64,000 bases of DNA from Octopus sinensis (lineage: Eukaryota), in the NCBI RefSeq assembly GCF_006345805.1, contig NW_021833115.1:30696-94695 (forward strand). The letters run 5' to 3'. The notes under the pieces are model-generated. The model was not told where the DNA came from. It did no database searches and was given only the letters and a program-made list of their open reading frames with translations. Each line of letters starts with the position of its first letter. Within the stretch, counting starts at the first letter, position 1. Below, in pieces: positions 1 to 12,149 of the stretch. The position numbers and the translations under genes were made by a program.

Positions 1-495
1 AATAAATATTAATTTCAGCCATGATTTAATTCAACAGAAACCGTGAAAAATAAATGCGTTTAATGACTTCACGGTCAACAACGGCACAGTGTTAGTTCTG
101 CTTCAGAAGAAATGGTTAATGAGATAGTCCAAGTATATAGTACTTGTGTTACATTTGATAATTTTTTTCTACTATAAAGCCACAAGGCCTGAAATTTTGG
201 GAGCGGGGACTAGAGTTAGTCGATTAAACCAATCTCAGTGCTTAGGTGGTATTCATTTTTATCTAAGGCGGCGACCTGGCAGAAACGTTAGCACACCTGA
301 AGAAATGCGTAGCCGTATTTCGTCTGCCGCACATGTGTTCGTGAAGTAAGAATTGCTGTTTCGTGGTGTTAATATTGTTAACAACTGTTGTTTCTTGTTA
401 AACTGTTGAATAACTTAACTGTTGGAGTTTTCAATTGAAAACACTTAGTGCTTGTGGTAGCACGCGTTGTTCATTCCCCTTTGGGGGGAGAAGAA

Positions 496-1698
496 TGTCG
501 TCTAGCATGGAGCCTACCGTTGGAGCAGAAATACTTGTTTCTCCTGTTGAGAGGAGGAAATACATGTCCGGCGAGGAGCCAACTACAGACAAGGAAATAG
601 GGGTTTCCCCCGCTACAAGAAGGAATAGCAGAGAGGATAATATATTGATATTTTTGGAGATGTCGTTGAGAGCTCGTCAGAACTTTCACCAGAAGAGTTT
701 CCGACTTTGCCAGAGAACAAAGGCATTGTGTCGAAGAGAATAATTGATGTGCCTAGCATCCCAGATAGAACCAAAAATGGAAAAAAAAGTTTTGCGTTGG
801 CTGCGGGGTGGAACCCAGATACTGTCGACGAATAAAAGCGAAATTATGAAATACAGCAAATGATGGAAAATAAATGACAACAGTGTGTGAAAATTGAACC
901 TCCGCAAAAGTTATTACAGGAAGAAAAAGCAAAAAACAATAATTTTCAAAACATATTGTCTACAAAATAGAAAAATTGAAAGAATGTCAGAAGAGAAAAT
1001 AGAAAAGTGCTTAAAGCCAATATGGGCGACGTAGTATTTCTGAGAAGAGGAAAAAATTCGGAACGGTGGAAGTAAGGTTCACCAATAAAGAAATAGCACA
1101 CAAGAACTCAGTGGAAACGTTGGAAAACGAACGACGTGGAGTTAATACCCTATTATATGGGGATGAGGACGTCGCGAATAAAAATTACAAGGGTCCGCCA
1201 GAGGTCGAACCTATGTGGTTGTTGGCGGCAGTCCTAATCAAAGAGGTAGAAAAAATTACTCTCCTCCAGGCTACCGCTACGGAAAACCCACGCTGGGATG
1301 GTAAAAAACAATTAATCTTCTCATTCAAGCGGACCTAAAATAATTCAAACAATTCCTGAGACAATGAGGTAGGGGAGGAGAACCTCGTGGTGTTTGTTGA
1401 GGGCCGAAAACCTCGATGTTTTTTATGTGGTCAATTAGGCCACATTCGAAGGAACTGCAAGGAAAATGAAGAAGAGGAGGAAGAGGAGAAAAAAGACAAA
1501 GAGGAGAAGATAAAGAAGAAACAGATGAGAAAAAAACAAACAAACAAAAGAAAAAATACAACCAGCAACCCAGCCGAGAGCGGCGACTACTACAGAACAA
1601 CGACCAAAAAAGACTGCCAGAAGAGAAAAGAAGAAGAAAAAGGCATAATAGCCGTATACACTAAAGATACTGAGCTCATGAGAGACATTCAACTATAA
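496..1698 (+). pseudogene. ORF1 remnant of the Tx1-type element
   Basis: Broken frames 435-743, 1066-1338 and 1387-1698. CFLCGQLGHIRRNC is CX2CX4HX4C, followed by an E/K-rich tail. Confidence 0.8.
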
Positions 1699-2034
1699 AG
1701 ACTGTAAAAAAAATTGATAACCTTTCAGAGGAATTTATCAATTACGACATATATGAAGTCTCAAAATAAGACTATAGAATTCTACAAAATAAGTACAGAA
1801 AGACTGTATCTTCATTGAGATTAGATTTTAACAAGTCGATATTTCATGGATTACCAGCTCCGATCCCGCGAGAAAAGGAAAGGTGGAGATTCCCCCTCCA
1901 CCTGATAATTCTGTGTCGGTGGTGAGACGGGATTTTGACAAATCTATTTCCCAAGACCGTCCACTCCGACCCTGGATAAAAAAAGGTGGAGGGTCCCCCT
2001 CCACCGGACAATCCTTAATTAAAAAGGGTAAGTG

Positions 2035-4201
2035 ATGGCTATTCACATTGGGTGTTTTTAATGTTCATGGCCTGTTGTCAAGCTGGAAGCAAGGACGCTT
2101 TCTGAATGACATCAGGTCGAGAAATTTGGATGTAATTGTTGTGCAACGGAAACCCGGGTGAAGGGGCCAAGAGATCTGCTCCCTCCTGAACGGCTACGAG
2201 AAATACGTTTCTCCGAGTCGGGCGGGAGGTGGGGGGGTGGGGTGTGTGGCCCTACTAAAAAGAAACCGGGTAGCCGAGAAAAAGTTGGTTTTTTCTGACC
2301 CAGAAGGCAGGCTGGTCGTTCTCGACTTGACATTCAGTTGTGGCAAGACAATCAGGCTGGTCGCTATTTATGCACCAAACATTATTGGCCCGCAAACTGA
2401 ATATTTTCGTGGCCTAGGAAAGTTCCTAGCCACGTCGCATTCACTAGTAGTGTTAGGAGACTCTAATACAATATGTGCAGCACACACAGATTGTGTTGGC
2501 TCAAACTCGAACATGAACAGAAAATGTAACACAGGCTTTCGGGATCTGCTAAGTCAATTTCAGCTAGCAGATCCATATAGGTTGGAGCACCCGAACACTC
2601 CACAGTGGACGTGGTCAAATAGTGACGGGTCTACCAGAACATATCTAGATAGGATTTTAATTAGAGAAAAAGATAAGTCCATAGTTGAGTGGCCACAGTT
2701 TTTTCTAGTCAGCTACAGTGACCACAAGATGGTTACCTGTAAACTGACGGTAGATAAGTTGCATAGACAGGGATCTGGCTACTGGAAACTCAATACGTCC
2801 CTTTTGGCGATTGAGGAGTACAGAAAGCAGATCAAGATGTTAATACAGAGGGCATTCATTTTTATCTAAGGCGGCGTACCACAGTGGTACGCCTACGTGA
2901 AGTAGGTAAGACTATTGAGGCTTACGAGGAGGTAGCAGGAGCAAAGATTAACCGGGAAAAGTCGGTCGGCTTGCAGCTCGGCACCTGGGTTGGCAAGTCG
3001 ATGCCTTCAGACAGTGTTGTTAGGCGCTGGATGGAGGGACCGGTTAAGTTGCTGGGAGTCTGGTTTGGACCAGGCCTCCAGATAGAGAAGAACTGGACGG
3101 AGGTATTGAGCAGGGTGGCTGCAGTAGTCAAGACTTGGTCTTGGCGGTGGCTATCCCTGAAAGGGAGGGCGGAAGTGGCCAATGTGTTTATCGCATCGGT
3201 CATTACCTACCGCCTGACTGTCGTGCCCTGTCCGGATTCGTGGTTGATCAGGTTGGAGAGACAGCTCTTTCGCTTTTTGTGGAAGGGCAGGTCGCCACTT
3301 GTGAAACGCTCTGTCTGCTGTCAAAAGCCTTTAAATGGAGGTTTAGGGATGCCTTGGTTAATGATGCGCAGACATGCGTTGAGGTTGAGGCACCTCTGGA
3401 TTCTCCTGGATAGTGAACGGGTGTGGTCTCCGCTGGCCAGACAAATGTTCCCTGAGTTCAAGAGTTTTTGCGAACAGGAAGCCTGGTGTTCTCGTAGACC
3501 GAGGTCGAGTGAGTGGCATAAAGAGTGCCGTAAGGCCCTCTTGCTGTTCCGGCGCTCGGGCAACGCCAGCGGTGGGGGTTCCACACGGATTTTATATAGT
3601 GGGTTGGTAGAGTCTGAATGCGACGATGGCCTGGGGTCGACTCTAGGTCTCGGATTTATTCAACTGGACAGCTTGTTTCATCGTACATTCGGGTTGAGAA
3701 CGTTGGACAACTTCCAAAAGTCCTTAACCTGGCAATGCTACAGAGGTGCCTTGCCCGTTTGGGATAAGCTCGCAAGACATGGTAAACGTCAGTCGCCGAC
3801 CTGTCCAAGATGCGGTGGGGACAGGGAAACCGTCCCTCACGCTATTGTTCAGTGTCCGGAGATAACTGAAATGTGGGCTTATGCTGAACATCTGTTGTCC
3901 GGCGAAGGAAGAGTACGGCTGTCGACTGAGTCAATTATAAAAATTGACCCACCGGGAGTTCTAACGAACGAAGGTAAGAATTGTTTTCTCACGGTGTAGC
4001 AATAGCAAAAGAGGCTGTATGGAATACTAGGATAAAAGGAATTAAGACAGGCAACTTTATCTCTGGTGACAATTTACGATCCTTTTTTCTTTTCATTTGA
4101 AAAGGAAACTGTGGCTGGAGAAGAGGTGTCTGTCAGAGTGTACGTTCCAAAAGAGATGGAAGTATGTTGCACGAGTGTTGTGCGTGCAAGGAACCGTGTG
4201 A
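2035..4201 (+). pseudogene. ORF2 remnant: APE endonuclease + post-RT region + zinc finger; RT core missing
   Basis: MAIHIGCF/NVHG at 2035 (frameshift), LVAIYAPN, VLGD, LDRIL, SDHKMV, YWKLN. It then jumps to SGAKIN-like (AGAKINREKS) and CPRC..ETVPHAIVQC. No QG/YADD motifs lie between. Confidence 0.88.
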
Positions 4202-4795
4202 ATAGACGAGGAAAAAAAAAAAAGGAAAAATAAAAAGGTATCAGCGGTAGATCGGGGCTTGTGGGATCGGAGCGTAACTTGATCATCGCTTCATTTGTAT
4301 TGTTTTTGTACTGTGTATTCCATTCGATTTTTATGTATTGTATTTTATTTTTGATGTCACATTTATGTAAAATCATATCGATTCACTGATCCCATCAGTT
4401 GTACTGTCCATATCTATGTTTGGCCCCCGGTGGGCAATAAAGAAATTCGTATTTCGTCTGCCGTTACGTTCTGAGTTCAAATTCTACCGAGGTCGACTTT
4501 GCCTTTCATCCTTCCGGGGGTCGATTAAATAAGTACCAGTTACGCACTGGGGGTTGATGTAATCAACTTAATACCTATCTCTGTCCTTGTTTGTCCCCTC
4601 TATGTTTAGCCCCTTGTGGGTAATAAAGAAATAGGTATTTATTTTATCTACACCAGAAGGATAAAAGGCAATGTCAACTCGGCGGAGTTTGAACTCAGAA
4701 CGTAAAGACGGAAGGAAGGCTGCTAAGCATTTTGTTCGGCGTATCAATGATTCTGACAGCTCACAGCTTTTGCTATACTTAATAAATCTCTATTC

Positions 4796-5196
4796 TAAGG
4801 CGGCGAACGGGCAGAAACGTTAGCACGCCGGGTGAAATGCTTAGCAGTATTTCGTCTGCCGCTACGATCTGAGTTCAAATTCCACCGAGGTCGACTTTGC
4901 CTGTCATCCTTTCGGGGTCGATTAAATAAGTACCAGTTACGCACTGGGGTCGATATAATCGACTTAATCCGTTTGTCTGTCCTTGTTTGTACCCTCTGTA
5001 TTTAGCACCTTGTGGGTAGTAAAGAAATAGGTATTTCGTTTCCGTTACGTTCTGATTTCAAATTCCACCGAAGTCGATTTTACCTGTCATCCTTTCGGTG
5101 TCGATAAATTAAGCACCGGTTGCATGCTGGGGACTATCATATCGATTGGTCTCCTCCCCCAAAATTTCGGGCCTTGTGCCTAGAGTAGAAAAGAAT
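4796..5196 (+). mobile_element. Composite Meta-like SINE: head + body/tail2 + body/tail1
   Basis: One head, target 16-mer at 4846 and 5030 (period 184), two different tails. Confidence 0.8.
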
Positions 5197-6077
5197 CTTT
5201 AACGCGCCGGACAAAATACTTAGAGGCATTTCGTCCGTCTTTAGGTTCTGCGTTCAAATTCTGTCGAGATCGACTTTGTTTTCATCCTTTCAGGTCGATA
5301 AGATAAGTACCAGTCAAGCACTGGGGTCAACATAATCGACTGGCTCCCTACAGAATTCCAGGCCTTGTCCCTTTTCTAGAAAGAAACAATTGTTTATACT
5401 ATAGGCGCAAAGCCTGAAATTTGAAAAAGAAACTTGTTGATTACATGAACCCTAGAGATCGACCGATATTTATTTTATTGACCCCAAAATGATGAAAGGC
5501 AAAGCTGACCTTGTTTGTTTTAAAGAACACAAGAGACACCTACTATGCCACGGCCACCACGTTACATTTATTATTAACAATAAAAATAATGCCAGTTTTG
5601 AACTGTACATTATCTCCTCTCTTTGTGAATAAATCCAAAATTGTAATCTTCAAAGGATCCCCAACATGAAAGTCTCCTTGGAGTTGTCAAGCTGTTTAGC
5701 TAAACATTCAGATGATCTTTTGCAGTGGAGATATGCAATAAACACGCAGTAAAATGAAATGAACTGACCAGTGGAGCAGATAATTTTCAACTTCAGGAAG
5801 AACAAGATATCATAACAGCTGAGCAATTCTACATTCTATTAATATTCGGGCATAAACGTAAGACTCCCTTCTCTTCTCTTTCCGTTTCTCTCTCGCTCTC
5901 TCTCTCTCTTGCTATTTCTCTCTCTCTCCCTCGCTATCACTCTATCTCTCTCGTACGCTATCTCTCTCTCTTTCTCTCTCGCGTGCTATCTCTCTGTCTC
6001 TCTATCTGTGAAAGGTGTGTGCAACGAGAAGGAAAAATAACTCCACTGGCAGAATCAGAACTTGGAAGAGATACACA

Positions 6078-6202
6078 TGCATGCACACACACACACGCAC
6101 ACACACACACACGCACACACGCACGCACGCACACACACACCACAACACACACACACACGCACGCACGCACCACACACACACACCACACACACACACACAC
6201 AC

Positions 6203-6233
<31 letters not shown>

Positions 6234-6404
6234 ACACACACACACACACACACGCACACACGCACGCACACACACACACCACACACACACCACACGCACG
6301 CACACACACACCACACGCACACACACACACACACACACACACGCACGCACACACACACACACACACACGCACGCACACACGCGCACACCACACACACACA
6401 CACG

Positions 6405-6463
<59 letters not shown>
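6078..6463. repeat. (CA)n/(CACG) microsatellite
   Basis: Direct reading; source of the HT/CV ORFs. Confidence 0.98.
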
Positions 6464-6465
<2 letters not shown>

Positions 6466-6609
6466 CAGAAACAGGCCACGATGAATTTCGTGTAGCATTT
6501 GTTAATTCGGAATATGATTTTTTCGCATATTTTCTAAGATGTATCCAATTCTTTTCGATGAAAGTAATCTAGTTTTGTGTTTCTGAAACCGCGAATTAAA
6601 AAATATATA

Positions 6610-7150
6610 ACACCACCACCACCACCACCACCACCACCACTACCACCACAATCATCTCCGCCGCCATCACTACCACCATCCACCTCACCACGATTCACAC
6701 CACCACCAACAACAATAACAGTAACAACACTTTCGTCACCACCACCACCATCTGCATCACAACCACCACCTTGCACACCACCGCCACCAGCACCACCAAC
6801 AGCAACAACACTACCTCCGCCGCCGCCGCCCCCACAACCACCATCCATACCACCACCGTTCACACCGTCACCACCACAACAACCGCCACCACATCATCTG
6901 CCACCATCACCACTACCAACCACACCACCAACATCAACACCACCACCACTACATCCACCAAGATCAACACTACCAACCACAACACCAACATCAACACCAC
7001 CACCACTACATCCACCAAGATCAACACTACCAACCACAACACCAACATCAACACCACCACCACTACATCCACCAAGATCAACACTACCAACCACAACACC
7101 TCCATCACCATCAAGACCACCACCACCACCATCCCCATCACAACCACTAC
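6610..7150. repeat. (CCA)/(CAA)-rich low-complexity tract with a 57-bp minisatellite (~6913-7100)
   Basis: 19-codon repeat visible in the ORF track (TTNHNTNINTTTTTSTKIN x3). Confidence 0.9.
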
Positions 7151-7198
7151 TAATCCTTCTACTCTAGGTACAAAGCCTGACATGTTGGTGGAAAGGGC

Positions 7199-7595
7199 TC
7201 ATCATCATCATCGTTCGACCTTGGCCGAGACAATGCAATTTACTATGCTACGCCAGACCTTACAGTCCATCATAGCATTACGGAGGTCCTGTTGCTGGAT
7301 GTCTGTATCCCTGGAGATTACATCAGGGTAGGAGAGTGTGCGCCCTCTGGTATCGCAAGCAGATGGCTTCCAGAGGAGAAGAGTAGAAATTACCTCGTTT
7401 TCAGCTCTACAACAATGTCCAGCAAACTGGACTCTTCTACCTTTCACAAGAGATGACACAGGTGGTAGTTTCCCATATATTTGTACTTTGGTTGGATGAC
7501 GCTTCCACGAGAGATTTTGAGCTCTCATAAGGAGACGAGTGTAAGTTCCATCCAAGCGCTTGAGAGGTGGTTGGATGGAACTTACACTCGCCTCA
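7199..7595 (-). mobile_element. RTE-type LINE 3' fragment (copy 2) with fold-back 5' end
   Basis: Highly similar to 7612-8117, short (GAT)n tail, 20-bp inverted repeat at 7536-7555/7571-7590. Confidence 0.8.
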
Positions 7596-7611
7596 TACAT
7601 ACATACGTACA

Positions 7612-8117
7612 GCATCATCATTGCTCAATCGTGGTCGAGACAATGGAACTTACTATGTTACGCCAGACTTCACGGTCCATCATAGCACTACGGAGGTCCT
7701 GTTGCTGGATGTCTGTATCCCTGGAGATTACATCAGGGTAGGAGAGTGTGCGCCCTCTGGTATCGCAAGCAGATGGCTTCCAGAGGAGAAGAGTAGAAAT
7801 TGCCTCGTTTTCAGCTCTACAACAATGTCCAGCAAACTGGACTCTTCTACCTTTCACAAGAGATGACACAGGTGGTAATTTCCCATATATTTGTACTTTG
7901 GTTGGATGACACTTCCACGAGAGATTTTGAGCTCTCATAAGGAGGCACGTGTAAGTTCCATCCAACCGCCTCTCAAACTTCTTTGATAACGTCCAGGTTT
8001 CTGAGCCATATAGTAGAATTGGTTCGACTGTGGCTTTGAAGATTTTAAGTTTGAAATCTCTACTTAGATTTGATGACCAGATCTTATGCATATCATTACA
8101 GGCTGACCAGGCCATAC
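7612..8117 (-). mobile_element. RTE-type LINE 3' fragment (copy 1), RT C-terminal region
   Basis: ORF 7618-8115 with ILLYGSETW..FAGHC..W motifs; the stop runs into a TGATGATG tail. Confidence 0.85.
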
Positions 8118-9292
8118 CTTTTCTAGTTAGGAAAGGGCTAGTGGATTATATTCAACCAGTTACTTAACTGTTACTTATTCTTATTGTTCCCCAAAAGGAT
8201 GAAAGGCAAGATACAATACAGGACGATATAATACAAAAGAGGACGATACAAAACAATATAAGATGATGTGATATGATTTGATATAATGTAGGGTTACAGG
8301 AAGGCGTGGATAGAATAAAATAGCAAAAACAAAAGAACAGTAATTCAAACAAGAAACCCCCCCCCCCAGTAGTGTGGATTTCAAGGCTGCTCGTGGAAAC
8401 TCAACGATAACACGTTTAACCTGACCATTAGGGAAAGTGCTCCGTCTTCATACTCATCTCTCAAGCTATATGGGGTATGCTTTTGGAGTAGGCCTGTTCA
8501 CTCGGACCATCCTTGCTACATTCACCAAATTTCAGTCAATTTGCTCCAAGGCAAGATTTTCCTCTTCACTTTCACTTTCGTTTTCGGTTAATTTAAATAA
8601 AAAATTGACGGGATCTTGGACAAAGAGGAAGTTCTGCCTTCATCCCTTTCAATCTCTTTCACTAAGAATCAGACAAATCGATTACATTGATCCAAGTGTT
8701 CGAATGGTACTTTTTTCTTCGACCTCTTACAATAATGATATTAATGTTTTTTATTGACCACAGGCATCCAATAATTTTATATTATAAAAGAGAAGCGGAT
8801 CTCCGTCTGTGTTTCTGTCACAGCATCTGTTAGAGAAAAAAGGGGAGGAATTAAAATATACGTCACAATGTATTTTTTGAAGGGAAGGAGAAAAGTTGTT
8901 TTTGGGAAAGAAATATTGAGAGAAAGAGAGGAAGAGAGAGAGAGAGAGAGAAAGAGAGAGAGTGTGTGTGTGTATGTGGTGTGTGTGTGAAATATAGATA
9001 GGTGGGTAGGTAGTGTCGCCATCATAGTAATTAACAAGTTTCGATTAAAAACACAGGGAATTTTAAGCGCAAGTCTGTCAACACAACACAGCTTTAAAAA
9101 AGACTTTCTTTATATAACAATATAGATAGTTATTATTTTTTAGTTGTGTGTATGTGCATGTGTGTGTGTGTTTCTGTGTGTCTTTCAACATATAGACAAT
9201 GCAACACATACTTTAAAATAAGACTTTCACTGTAAAGAAAAGTTGTTGGTTTTGTAGCTGTGAGAGAAATTCAGAGAGAGAAAGAGAGAGAG

Positions 9293-9328
<36 letters not shown>

Positions 9329-9680
9329 TAGCAATGGCTAAAGACCTAGTAAAAATAAATAATATCAATAAGGAAAAATAATAATAATAACGGTTTCAAA
9401 TTTTGGCACAAGGCCAGCAGTTTACTTTCGACACAATGCTTGCAAAAATAATGTTAAATTTAATACTCCTATAATATAATAGATACAATGTCTGAAATTT
9501 GGGTGAAGGGGGTAGCCGATGACATCGACCCCAGTACTCAACTGGTACTCATTTCATTGACCCGGAAGGGAATGAAAGGCAATGTCCACTTCGGCGGAAT
9601 TTGAACACAGAACGTAAGAACGGATGAAAAGCCGCTGAGCATTTTGTCCGCTTGCGAACGATTCTGCCAGCTTAACGCTT

Positions 9681-9894
9681 TACTCTTTTTTTACTCCTTT
9701 ACTTGTTTCAGTCATTTGATTGTGGCCATGCTGGAGCACCGCCTTTAGTCGAGCAAATCGACCCCAGGACTTATTCTTTGTAACCCTAATACTTATTCTA
9801 TCGGTCTCTTTTGCCGAACCGCTAAGTTACGGGGACGTAAACACATCAGCATCGGTTGTCAAGCGATGTTGGGGGGACAAACACAGACACACAC

Positions 9895-9939
<45 letters not shown>

Positions 9940-10100
9940 CGACGGGCTTCTTTCAGTTTCCGTCTTTTAAATCCACTCACAAGGCTTTGGTCGGCCCGGG
10001 GCTATAGCAGAAGACACTTGCCCAAGGTGCCACGCAGTGGGACCGAACCCGGAACCATGTGGTTGGTAAGTAAGCTACTTACCACGCAGCCACCCCTACG
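9681..10100 (-). mobile_element. tRNA-derived CORE-like SINE with internal (TA)/(TG) tract
   Basis: tRNA-like head, ACCTTGGGCAAGTGTCTTC core, AAGAGTA tail. Further copies or halves near 18420, 33607, 41757, 49684, 51151, 52121, 54841, 58705, 59915 and 62450. Confidence 0.85.
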
Positions 10101-10588
10101 CTTATAAATAATAATAACAACAACAACGACGAGAACAACAACAACAATAATAATAATCCTTTCTCCTGTAGGCACAAGGCCTGAAATTTTTTGGGGAGGA
10201 GATGAGTCGATCGCATCGACCCCCAGTGTTTCACTGGTACTTGTTTCATCGACCCTGAAAGGATAAAGGGCAAAGTCGACCCCGGCGGATATTTTTATAA
10301 TGGTTTTACTTTAAGCACAATCGCTGCAGAAAATAACGATAATTTAAATAAAGAATAATAGAATAATAGAATAATGGTCATGTAAAAAAAAATATTAGTG
10401 TATTTCTGGAAAGATGATTCATCGATAAATAAAAATACAGGACAGAAAAAACTACAATAGTAAGAAGAAGAATAATTACAACTGCAACAATAATAACAAC
10501 GATAAAAGTAAAACGATTATAATTCACTATTTTACGCCGCATCCAGTTCAACCACACCAAACCTTATTATTAGTAGCACATGATAATG

Positions 10589-10634
<46 letters not shown>

Positions 10635-10696
10635 TAATAATAATAATAATAGTGATGATGATGATGATGATGATAATAATAATGATAATAATAATG

Positions 10697-10729
<33 letters not shown>

Positions 10730-10747
10730 TAAAAATAATAAAAAAAA

Positions 10748-10870
10748 ATGAACGAACTACTGAGTTTGGTTTAATGGCCTACCAATGTATACTATGAGTT
10801 TCTTTGCCCTAGGAGTCGGGAAGCCACCCGGCAAGAAATGGAAGCAAATTTGAAAGAAGAAAAAAAAAGT
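10748..10870 (+). mobile_element. R4/Dong-type 3' UTR fragment (family 4) in (TAA)n
   Basis: TTGCCCTAGG..CACCCGGCAAG motif followed by (AAT)n; relatives at 14201-14271(-) and 33318-33405(-). Confidence 0.6.
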
Positions 10871-10909
10871 AATAATAATAATAATAATATAATAATAATA
10901 ATAATAATG

Positions 10910-10965
<56 letters not shown>

Positions 10966-10968
<3 letters not shown>

Positions 10969-11474
10969 GATTGGAAGTGTTATCATGTACATTGTTTTGT
11001 CTTGGTATAAAAGATGGGCTACAGCAAATATTCTGCTCAATACCACAGATTTGCTTGTCAGTTGTTTGACCTTAACCAGTTGAGCATGTCCCTTGGTGGC
11101 GGACGCTATGTGCATCTCTGATCACGAGCAGAAGTAGTGGGGGAGCATCATAGCCATGTGTTGAGAGGGATTCTTTGGGGTTTTAATAATTCACCTCTGG
11201 AAACATGGGTGGTTCGTTCAACATCCTTAAACAATCCTTATTCAGGGACATTTTGAGTGGGATGGGCTACTCAACCTGAAGAAAATTCTAACTGGGCCCC
11301 CACCTGCAAGGTCATGTGCTGTTTATCTTGATATGAGTTCACCATGTCGCGCACATATGGTGGTGATGCATGTGCCTGGTGTACCCTTATCAGACGGGTA
11401 GTCATGATGGGTATATTGGGCTTCGTATATTTTACCCCAGTGTCACTTTGATGGCATGAACTGCTCTCTCGCTC
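10966..11474 (+). mobile_element. Element A: TAA-embedded non-coding retroposon, 5'-truncated
   Basis: Matches 12941-13496; 3' end CTCTCTCGCTC followed by (AAT)n. Confidence 0.85.
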
Positions 11475-11530
<56 letters not shown>

Positions 11531-11532
<2 letters not shown>

Positions 11533-12064
11533 GAAGGTAAAGATGTCACCATCCTCTAGGATTTTCCAGTCAACACTGACAACGATCAAGGCTAATCGAC
11601 CAGACATAATTGTTAAAGACAGGGAAGAAAATACCTGCAGACTAATAGAAGTAAGCGTCCCCACTGATAAAAATGTATCTGTCAAGGAATTTGACAAACT
11701 TAGTAAATATAAGGACCTGGAAATCGAAATACAGAGGATGTGGAATCTAAAACAAAAACTGTTCCTGTTATTGTAGGTGCCCTAGGTATGATAAAAAAGG
11801 GATGTCAGAAACACCTAGACAATATCCCTGGAAAACCATGTCTCAAGGAAATCCAAAAGATTGTGCTAACAAGTACTGCCCACATCCTTAGAAAAACCCT
11901 ATCAATGTAAATGTTTGTGTTTGCATTACATGGAGATATATCTCTACTTCCCCTCCCCAAGCTTTCAGCTATATTTCAACAACTCTTAACCTTCACTTGC
12001 CCTAGGGCGCTGGGTGTGCCCCGGCAGGTGATTGCATCAAACATGCAGATTAAAAGTAAATGAC
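11531..12064 (+). mobile_element. R4/Dong-type LINE 3' fragment (family 2): restriction-like endonuclease + 3' UTR
   Basis: ANRPDIIVKD..LIEVSVP..KLSKYKDLEIE, flanked by (AAT)n. Confidence 0.88.
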
Positions 12065-12138
<74 letters not shown>

Positions 12139-12149
12139 TAGTAATAATA

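Larger units (their letters stand above)
330..4447 (+). mobile_element. Tx1-type (L1 clade) non-LTR retrotransposon, near full-length, RT core deleted, frameshifted
   Basis: 16-bp TSD CGTATTTCGTCTGCCG at 314-329 and 4448-4463. ORF1 remnants with a CCHC knuckle, ORF2 with AP endonuclease and C-terminal zinc finger, 3' UTR ending GGCAATAAAGAAAT. Confidence 0.9.
265..4633 (+). mobile_element. tRNA-derived SINE (Meta-core-like, Tx1-type tail) split by the Tx1 insertion
   Basis: Head AAGGCGGCG at 265, body resumes at 4448, tail ends AAAGAAATA at 4633. Near-identical TSD GGTATT(C/T)ATTTT(T)ATCT at 248-264 and 4634-4649. The Meta assignment is recalled from the GCCTTTCATCCTTTCGGGGTCGATAAA core. Confidence 0.8.

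Noticed and set aside
6534-7331. Pro-rich/Thr-rich (extensin- or mucin-like) ORFs
   Set aside because: Low-complexity CCA/CAA tract lacking stops in multiple frames; no splice or domain support.
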